Origin: Pseudomonadota bacterium
Lineage (GTDB): Bacteria; Bdellovibrionota_B; Oligoflexia; Silvanigrellales; Silvanigrellaceae
DNA: 64,000 nucleotides
Direction: 5' to 3'
Assembly (NCBI GenBank): GCA_039799905.1
Contig: JBDLRP010000021.1
Span: forward strand, 64,001 to 128,000
A program made the position numbers and the translations under genes. Under the pieces are notes generated by a model that searched no databases, was not told the origin of the DNA, and saw only the letters and a list, made by a program, of their open reading frames with translations. Shown here in pieces: positions 57,488 to 64,000 of the stretch. How positions within the stretch are numbered: position 1 is the stretch's first letter; every line of letters starts with the position of its first letter.

Positions 57488-58258
57488 TCAATTGGCTGGT
57501 GGATTCTGCTGCGTCGCACCGGCTGGGGGTTGGCTGGGATTGGCAGCCGAACCCGTGGCATCGGTGGCAGGCGAATCACTGCCCGCTGCTGATGCCGTTG
57601 ATTCGCCTCCCCCAAGCAAGTTTGAGTTTTCAAGCAGGGCGAGGTCGGCGGAGCTGGCTGGACGCAGTCCCGATGCTCCATCCAGTGAGAGATTGACAAC
57701 CTTGGCTCCGGATTCAGTCGATCCGGAGAGTGGATTCAAATTTACCGATTTACCACCGAGAGAAACATTCAAGACGCCGCACTTGAGTGCCGTGACAGGA
57801 AGTCGGGGCAACTTGAGCGCCAGTGGCGATCCGTCTTTGGACTTTAATGCATTCGATTTTTTTCCAGATGACTTCAGCACGTCGCGCAAGGGTGCAACAA
57901 GAGAAATTTTCAGCACGCCATTGGCGTAAATCTCGCTTCCCTGCGACTTCACCGCACCCTGCCAGCTTGGTACGGCGGTGTCATTTGGCTTGCTGTTCTG
58001 AGTACCTTCGCAGCCGCGCGTGAGTTGGGAATTTAAATGCGCGATACCGTTGCGGCGGGCAACAATCTCAGCTTCCAGACCCTGTGCCCTTGCCGAAGAT
58101 TTTGCAGGCGAGTAAATTCCAAAAAATTGAATTTGTCTGTTCTGAAAATCCAGCGTGATGGCTGTCTCGTTTTTGATCTCGGCAGCAGAAGCCGAAACCG
58201 GCAGCAACGTTATCGATGTCAGCGCAAGCGCGGCAGCGCAAATCTTTCTCATGTTCAT
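57488..58258 (-). CDS. Exported hypothetical protein (weakly LPP20-like)
   Basis: Signal peptide ending ASA|A; G.Y.P......A...A...ARRN and NG.L.I.L.APL segments; disordered tail. Confidence 0.6.
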   Translation of the reverse strand: MNMRKICAAALALTSITLLPVSASAAEIKNETAITLDFQNRQIQFFGIYSPAKSSARAQGLEAEIVARRNGIAHLNSQLTRGCEGTQNSKPNDTAVPSWQGAVKSQGSEIYANGVLKISLVAPLRDVLKSSGKKSNALKSKDGSPLALKLPRLPVTALKCGVLNVSLGGKSVNLNPLSGSTESGAKVVNLSLDGASGLRPASSADLALLENSNLLGGGESTASAAGSDSPATDATGSAANPSQPPAGATQQNPPAN

Positions 58259-59649
58259 GCGAGCTCCAAATCAAGTTTTTGTGTTTCTTCCGAATGAACA
58301 GACCCTTCGCTCAGTTGCAGCTCAAGAGCCATGGCCTGAAAATTTGACTCAAGCAGCAACATCCAGCGGTACAAATCTTGCCAGACCGAATGATCTATAA
58401 TCTGTCCGTGGCTCACCTGGCTGAGCATCAGCCTTGCAGTCTGCAGCAAGGCGGGCAGCCGGCTCATTTGACGTGCAAGTTCAACCTTGTAAAACTCATC
58501 CAGTTCAAAACTAAAATTTAACTCAAATATCCCTTTCACACGAACAAAACTGTCGCGTAATATCGGCTCCGCGTGTCCTTTGAGAAGCTTAGAAACTTCA
58601 GAGTTCATTTCAGCCACACCGGCCATCAGGCGAGAACGTTCAGCTTCAACGTTCAAAACCCTGTCAACTTCATCCTTGAACCACCGGAATGCTCCGGCCA
58701 TATCTTCGGGAACCTCGCCGAACAGCTCACGGAGTCTGGGCTTGTAGAGGTCAATAAATGCAACCAATGCTGCTGTCGTCGAAGGATTCTTGTCCACTCG
58801 CTGGAACTCTGACCGCAGCTCGCGCAATTCCTCGAGAGTGCGGCGGATCGTTTCCAGAGGCACTTCGCCAAGAATTTCCTTGATCTCCTCGGAGGCAATC
58901 ACGCCCTCGTCGGCAATTTGCAGGCGGCGTTCCTCCCTTTTTTGCGACTCGAGCATGTTGGCGAGCTGATGCTCGATTTCGCGCTTGCGATTCCACAGAC
59001 TGAACGCAACTGGAACACAAAGAGGGAGACTGACAATCAGCACACACATGAACAGAGCGAGGTTGAATCCACGCCTCACCGATGCCAGACGCTCGGTAGC
59101 GTTCTCGCGCCGCTGTTCAATTTTTTGAATATTTTCTTCGTATCGGACACGATTTTGGTAGTGAAAAATAGCATCGCAAAGATGCTCGGCGTTGTCGGCG
59201 TAGGGAAGAAGCTTGTTGAGCGCCTTGTAGCGTGAGTACTTGTGGAGAATATGCGACTCCGCAACCTGCAGCTTCTGATCGCAGAATTGCTGCGCACGGT
59301 TGTGGTTCTGGATGAACTTTTGCCGCTCTGCCTCAGGCAGCGAATTCCAGAGGCTGAGAGTCTTCGTTAGGTCGGCGATTTCGCTCTGGCGCGCATCGAT
59401 TCCGGCCTTCAATTTTTCAAACGTCTCAAGGCGCTTCTGAAGGACTTTGTACGCATCCTTTGCGTTCAGCCACTGTCTGGCCTCCTCGGGAAGCGGCCCG
59501 CGGGAAAATTCCTCCAGCGCGACAAGGGCACGCTCCGCGCGGCGGATGTGCACGGCACGAATCGCGGAAGGCGATTGCGCGAACGCAGCTGCCAAAACTC
59601 CGAATTGGAGACCGAGCCGTGACAATTCTTCAGATCTGACAAGCGACAT
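58255..59649 (-). CDS. Coiled-coil membrane protein
   Basis: Long heptad-rich helices flank a central hydrophobic segment (LALFMCVLIVSLPLCVPVAFSLW). Confidence 0.7.
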   Translation of the reverse strand: MSLVRSEELSRLGLQFGVLAAAFAQSPSAIRAVHIRRAERALVALEEFSRGPLPEEARQWLNAKDAYKVLQKRLETFEKLKAGIDARQSEIADLTKTLSLWNSLPEAERQKFIQNHNRAQQFCDQKLQVAESHILHKYSRYKALNKLLPYADNAEHLCDAIFHYQNRVRYEENIQKIEQRRENATERLASVRRGFNLALFMCVLIVSLPLCVPVAFSLWNRKREIEHQLANMLESQKREERRLQIADEGVIASEEIKEILGEVPLETIRRTLEELRELRSEFQRVDKNPSTTAALVAFIDLYKPRLRELFGEVPEDMAGAFRWFKDEVDRVLNVEAERSRLMAGVAEMNSEVSKLLKGHAEPILRDSFVRVKGIFELNFSFELDEFYKVELARQMSRLPALLQTARLMLSQVSHGQIIDHSVWQDLYRWMLLLESNFQAMALELQLSEGSVHSEETQKLDLELA

Positions 59650-59880
59650 ATTGAGTCCGATACAAATTGAGCCCGGCAGGGGCCAGACCGTTGATGTCGT
59701 CAAAGAAAACTCACACCAGTATGACCCGAATCAGGAGCTTGGGGAACTCACAGGGGCGTCAAAACACTGGTCAGCGGATCGGCCGACAAAACCATCAAAC
59801 TAATCAATTTTTCTGAATATTTTTACCTTGCAGCAACACACGGCTCTGTGCTAGGCACGCGGTGCAGAACGGAGGGCTCC

Positions 59881-61524
59881 ATGCCTGCGAATAAACAAGA
59901 ACTACAAGAACAAACCCAACGCCGGCGCACTTTTGCAATCATTTCGCATCCCGACGCGGGTAAAACCACGCTGACTGAAAAGCTGCTCCTGTTGGGCGGG
60001 GCAATTCGTCTTGCCGGTTCTGTCAAGGCAAAAAAATCGAAGAAATTTGCCACTTCAGACTGGATGGAACTTGAAAAGCAACGCGGTATTTCGGTTTCCA
60101 CAAGTGTGATGAACTTCGAATACCGTAACTTCGCCTGTAACCTGCTCGACACCCCGGGGCACCAAGACTTCTCGGAAGACACCTATCGCACTCTGGCCGC
60201 TGCCGATGCAGCCATCATGCTCATTGACGGTGCCAAAGGCGTTGAGCCGCAAACGATCAAATTGTTTGAAGTGTGCAAAATCCGGCAAATCCCGATCTTC
60301 ACATTTGTCAACAAAATGGACCGTGACGCGCGCGACCCATTCGACCTCATGGACGAAATCGAGCGCGTTCTGGGAATCCAAACCTATCCGATGACCTGGC
60401 CTATCAGCAGCGGTGAGCGCTTCAAGGGAGTCATCGAACGCAAAACCCGTACGGTTCATTATTTTCAGGGACGCAACACGACTCTGGAGACACCGGCACA
60501 ACTCATTCCGTTGAGCGATACCACCCAACTTTCGCAACTGATTCCCGCCTCCGACCTCGAGTCGACTCTCGAAGGGCTCGACATGGTCGATACGGCAGGA
60601 AACGATTTTGTCGAAGAGAGTTTCTTGCGCGGGGAAATATCGCCCGTGTTTTTCGGTAGTGCCATGACAAATTTCGGGGTCCGCGCGTTTTTGGAAGCAT
60701 TCTTGCAAATGTGCCCCGGACCCAGCCCCAAGGGAAGCAGCAATGGCCCCATCGATCCGCTGTCTGAAAACTTCAGCGGATTCATCTTCAAGATTCAGGC
60801 AAATATGGACCCAAAACACCGCGACAGAATCGCCTTTCTGCGAGTCGTAAGCGGTGTGTATGAAGCAGGTCTGATGGTCAACCACTCGCGTCTGGGACGT
60901 GAAATCAAACTTACCCAACCACAACAATTTTTCGCGCAGGAACGCACTGCGAGCGACCGCGCTTACGCCGGAGACATTGTTGGTATTTATGATCCGGGAT
61001 TGTTTGCCATCGGAGATTCACTGACCGAGCAGGAAAAATTCGAATTCGAGGGGATTCCCCAATTCGCGCCCGAACACTTCGGCGCCGTACGCACGTCGAG
61101 CGCGCTCAAGCGCAAGCAATTACTCAAAGGCTTGGTGCAGCTCTGCCAAGAAGGCACCGTGCAGATGTTTGTTGATGAGTCACGTGCTGCAAGCGATCCA
61201 ATTCTGGCAGCAGTCGGCGTTCTCCAGTTTGACGTTGTTCTTTTCCGCCTGCGCAACGAATACAATGTCGACTGCTCGCTCGACCTGCTGCCCTACAGGC
61301 ACGCGCGCTGGACCAACTGCACGGACACTGACATTGCAGACGCAAAAGCCAAAACGGACGCAACCGTCGTGCGCGACATGTCAGGCAACGCTCTATTCTT
61401 GTTCCGTAATGACTTCAACATCAGTTACTTTCAAGAAACCTGTCCAAAAATCCCCTTGTTTAGAAGCAACGCGAAACTCAAGGGCAACATGATGCGCTCG
61501 GCGTCGTCTTTTTTCGACGAGTGA
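59881..61524 (+). CDS. prfC: Peptide chain release factor 3
   Basis: RRTFAIISHPDAGKTT, DTPGHQDF, NKMD, FKIQANMDP.HRDR. Confidence 0.97.
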   Translation: MPANKQELQEQTQRRRTFAIISHPDAGKTTLTEKLLLLGGAIRLAGSVKAKKSKKFATSDWMELEKQRGISVSTSVMNFEYRNFACNLLDTPGHQDFSEDTYRTLAAADAAIMLIDGAKGVEPQTIKLFEVCKIRQIPIFTFVNKMDRDARDPFDLMDEIERVLGIQTYPMTWPISSGERFKGVIERKTRTVHYFQGRNTTLETPAQLIPLSDTTQLSQLIPASDLESTLEGLDMVDTAGNDFVEESFLRGEISPVFFGSAMTNFGVRAFLEAFLQMCPGPSPKGSSNGPIDPLSENFSGFIFKIQANMDPKHRDRIAFLRVVSGVYEAGLMVNHSRLGREIKLTQPQQFFAQERTASDRAYAGDIVGIYDPGLFAIGDSLTEQEKFEFEGIPQFAPEHFGAVRTSSALKRKQLLKGLVQLCQEGTVQMFVDESRAASDPILAAVGVLQFDVVLFRLRNEYNVDCSLDLLPYRHARWTNCTDTDIADAKAKTDATVVRDMSGNALFLFRNDFNISYFQETCPKIPLFRSNAKLKGNMMRSASSFFDE

Positions 61525-61558
61525 TCCGCGTCCCCGACTTGGAAAAAAGTTTGAAGAC

Positions 61559-61822
61559 ATGAACGAAAACAATAACCAAAATGCCTCCTCAGGTGATAGC
61601 GGCGAGCCCGCGGGAAAGGTTTTGCCGTTCCGCAAGCCCACAGCCATCCAACCAACCTTAAGAAGGCGTGCAGGCGGGACACATATCCAACACAAGACGC
61701 CCATGTCGTCCCGCAAAGAAAAAGCTGCGCCCGCATGGAAGACTCAAGTGGCGCGCGGACTGCAGGTAGCTCTCTTGCTGACAGCGCTTTTACTTGCCCT
61801 AAAAAACTGCGGAAAGATTTAA
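61559..61822 (+). CDS. Small membrane protein
   Basis: 87 aa, KVLPFRK motif, C-terminal TM. Confidence 0.55.
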   Translation: MNENNNQNASSGDSGEPAGKVLPFRKPTAIQPTLRRRAGGTHIQHKTPMSSRKEKAAPAWKTQVARGLQVALLLTALLLALKNCGKI

Positions 61823-61898
61823 CTTTTCGTTATTGATTTTTTTTCGCTTCCTGGACTTGCGCGACATGAACTGCTCTGCTAGACACCTGTTCTGCCGC

Positions 61899-61975
61899 GG
61901 GGGCGTAGTAGAGTTGGTTACAACGCTGGCCTGTCACGCCGGAGGTCGCGGGTTCAAGTCCCGTCGCTCCCGCCA
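61899..61975 (+). tRNA. tRNA-Asp (GTC)
   Basis: GGGGGCG...CGCTCCCGCCA, anticodon loop CTGTCAC, T-loop TTCAAGT. Confidence 0.95.
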
Positions 61976-61984
61976 TCCCCTTGC

Positions 61985-62018
61985 AAAACCTCGGTTCTCA
62001 CGAACCGAGGTTTTTTTT
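61985..62018 (+). terminator. Rho-independent terminator after tRNA-Asp
   Basis: AAAACCTCGGTTC-tcac-GAACCGAGGTTTTTTTT. Confidence 0.88.
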
Positions 62019-62064
62019 ATTTTCGAAGATTCGCATTATTGAGCCCAAATCAGGAAAGTCACTG

Positions 62065-62637
62065 GTGGAACGAGAAGAGAAATCCGATGAGATTTTTGAA
62101 GGTCTTGAAGACGGTTCACTCATTGGCTGTTTTTTTGAGAGCTGCACATTCCGCCGGTGTAAATTTATAGGTCGAGAGCTCAGAAACTGCCGTTTCATCG
62201 ACTGCACTTTCGAAAATTGTGACTTCAGTGTCGCGACCGTCACGGGCTCATCTTTCCGCAATGCAACCTTCAAAGACTGCAAGGCTATCGGTGTCAATTG
62301 GAGCAAATCGGCTGGCATTCACTCTGCGAAGTTCCATCAGTGCAAACTCAACGACTCCTCATTTACGATGGTCGACATGCGCGGAACCTTGTTTGAGGAT
62401 TGTTTGCTCGAGGGGGTGGATTTCCGCGAGACAAGGCTGGAGAAATCAAAATTTCCCAACTGCCGGATGAACGGAGCACAATTCAACAAAACCAATCTGG
62501 TTGACACAGACTTCTCGCAGGCCAATGGCTATTTTTTTGATCCACGCGAAAATCGCCTGAAAAATACGAAGGTCTCACTCCCAGAAGCGATGGGACTTCT
62601 GGAGTCGCTTGGCGCAGTGCTGACAATTCATTCATAG
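62065..62637 (+). CDS. Pentapeptide-repeat protein (MfpA/Qnr-like fold)
   Basis: (C/S/T)xFxx repeats throughout; C-terminal LPEA.GLL..LG. Confidence 0.88.
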   Translation: MEREEKSDEIFEGLEDGSLIGCFFESCTFRRCKFIGRELRNCRFIDCTFENCDFSVATVTGSSFRNATFKDCKAIGVNWSKSAGIHSAKFHQCKLNDSSFTMVDMRGTLFEDCLLEGVDFRETRLEKSKFPNCRMNGAQFNKTNLVDTDFSQANGYFFDPRENRLKNTKVSLPEAMGLLESLGAVLTIHS

Positions 62638-62694
62638 ATGAACAGACGTACCAGCGGGTCGACCTTCAAGTTTCTCAGATTTTTAGGAGAAAAG

Positions 62695-62770
62695 TGGCAG
62701 GCCAGGAGGGATTCGAACCCACAACCCGTTGATTTGGAATCAACTGCTCTACCGTTGGAGCTACTGACCT
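62695..62770 (-). tRNA. tRNA-Trp (CCA)
   Basis: Minus strand AGGTCAG...CTGGCCTGCCA, anticodon loop TTCCAAA, T-loop TTCGAAT. Confidence 0.95.
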
Positions 62771-62862
62771 AAGTGTGGAGGCTTTATGCCGGAAGCCAGC
62801 CTGCGGTCAAGTTTTGACGGCGCAGACGAAACGTGTTTTCGTCGCGGCGGAGGTTGAGTCAC

Positions 62863-63462
62863 ATGGTCCGCAAACAAATTCTCGCAGCAAAGTTCAAGGG
62901 TCTACGTTCCAGAATCATGCCCAAAGCCGGCGAAAAACTCGGTCGCGCGCTCAAGCGTCTTCCAGTCGAAGTCAGCGGCGGCTTGCCTGTACTTGCTTTG
63001 GAAAACTCCCGAGCAGAACATGATGCGGTTTCTGAAATTAGCTACGCAACCGCTTTATCTGCAGGATTCGACCTGCGTGCTGCCGATGACCTCGTCATAC
63101 CTCCAGGTGAGTGGCGGCTCGTCGATACGGGGCTCCGCCTCGCAGCGCAGGAAAACAAACCCGTGGCGCGAATTCGCCTTGGTCGGACAGGTTTCGACGT
63201 TGTGGCTGAGCTGCAGATCCGCCCACGCAGCGGTCTTGCGGTCAAGCGTGGGATCACAGTACTCAACTCGCCCGGAACGGTGGATGCTGACTATGAGGGC
63301 AAAATTATGACTTGCCTCATGAATCATGGCAGCGAACCCTTCAAAATCACAAAAGGTGACAAGGTCTCGCAGGGAGTCTTTGCACTTGCCATCCGCCCCC
63401 ACTCGGTTTCAGTGTCTGACACCTCACGCGGGCAGGGCGGCTTCGGGTCGACCGGCCACTAA
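62863..63462 (+). CDS. dut: dUTP diphosphatase
   Basis: SAGFDL, RPRSG, PGTVDADYEG, RG.GGFGSTG; GGAGG RBS. Confidence 0.93.
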   Translation: MVRKQILAAKFKGLRSRIMPKAGEKLGRALKRLPVEVSGGLPVLALENSRAEHDAVSEISYATALSAGFDLRAADDLVIPPGEWRLVDTGLRLAAQENKPVARIRLGRTGFDVVAELQIRPRSGLAVKRGITVLNSPGTVDADYEGKIMTCLMNHGSEPFKITKGDKVSQGVFALAIRPHSVSVSDTSRGQGGFGSTGH

Positions 63463-63512
63463 ACTCTGGTCATTGCAAGATATTCAGTATTGACGGCGAT
63501 AAGACCGCGTCA

Positions 63513-63644
63513 GGCCATTTGACTTCTCGGCCAAGCTTGGGCAGACTCCCGTTGAGCGCCACACACTGCAGCAGATTGTAACTTCAGCTACTGCAGACAT
63601 GGTGCCTACATAGGAGCTGCCCCATGGGCGATGCCAGTCAGGCT
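63513..63644. ncRNA. Long imperfect hairpin; candidate structured RNA (6S-like or cis-regulatory)
   Basis: Nested complementary blocks GGCC/GGCT, TGACT/AGTCA, GGGCAG/CTGCCC, CTCC/GGAG, GCGCCA/TGGTGC and CTGCAG/CTGCAG. Confidence 0.4.
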
Positions 63645-63977
63645 GGAAATTTGAGTAAGTCCCGTTTTCGTTCGCAATTGATTATCGAAGGTCAGCAGAG
63701 CAACAGCACTGAAACTGACGAATGTGTGCCTCTAGAGCGATTTCCCGTGCTCTATACCCACTCCGAAAATGACACGGCTCTCGCCCTTGTCCCTAATGGA
63801 CAAGTAGTCTGTCGTTCACTCGAAGAACTCTTGATTCATCTTGAATGCGACGTCGTAGAATCACTGTGGTTTGATGAAACAGTCTCTCCGCAGGAGCGCA
63901 GCTACATCACCGGCTGGGCAAGAATTTTCAGGCCCGCAGTCTCCTCGCACAAGCTTCAGGAGAAGATCGCCAATTAA
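63624..63977 (+). CDS. Hypothetical protein
   Basis: 117-aa ORF with an AGGAG RBS; alternative TTG start at 63651. Confidence 0.5.
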   Translation: MGDASQAGNLSKSRFRSQLIIEGQQSNSTETDECVPLERFPVLYTHSENDTALALVPNGQVVCRSLEELLIHLECDVVESLWFDETVSPQERSYITGWARIFRPAVSSHKLQEKIAN

Positions 63978-64000
63978 GTGATTTGTCAGCCTCCGTCATT

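Noticed and set aside
11469..60927. Long antisense ORFs (e.g. 11469-12317 +, 39908-40660 +, 44366-45184 -, 60055-60927 -)
   Set aside because: They are shadows of well-supported genes on the opposite strand and contain no recognisable motifs.
63465..63552. yybP-ykoY riboswitch-like words on the minus strand (GGGAGT...CGTCAATAC...GACC)
   Set aside because: The match is partial, and the only thing downstream on that strand is the antisense 3' end of dut.
1..64000. CRISPR arrays, IS elements, prophage or known anti-phage operons
   Set aside because: No regularly spaced repeats, and no transposase, integrase, phage structural or recognisable defence motifs were seen.

Overview
This is a gene-dense, roughly 50% GC bacterial chromosome segment. 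Gene content and the many highly diverged orphans suggest Bdellovibrionota/Oligoflexia, which is inference only. Housekeeping genes: glmM (5' truncated), trpD, lgt, HU, proC, rpoZ, metG, dnaK, secG, a DEAD-box helicase, rsmE, prfC, dut, a FadN-type dehydrogenase plus thiolase, a DegP-like protease, and a Dpp-type ABC importer without its ATPases. Four tRNAs are present: Phe-GAA, Thr-CGT, Asp-GTC and Trp-CCA. Four things stand out. (1) A divergently arranged, streamlined Tad/Flp pilus locus (12.5-20.1 kb) with an apparent TadB-TadC fusion, a DUF192-like domain fused ahead of the secretin, a long Flp pilin and three pseudopilins. (2) Several full-length proteins whose catalytic motifs are gone: a TrpC-like protein beside a motif-altered TrpD, a site-2 protease with RExxH, an XRE-ImmA/IrrE fusion with RExxR, a DUF429-like protein and a Cys-free YidD-like protein. 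(3) A zinc module (DUF2796, COG0523 with a TPR-like tail, Fur/Zur) and two 'outer-membrane barrels + Zn-protease' operons. (4) A ~130-nt rod-like hairpin after dut that may be a 6S-like RNA or an RBS-sequestering leader. No CRISPR array, rRNA, transposase or integrase was seen. All family calls come from motif recognition by eye, not database searches.
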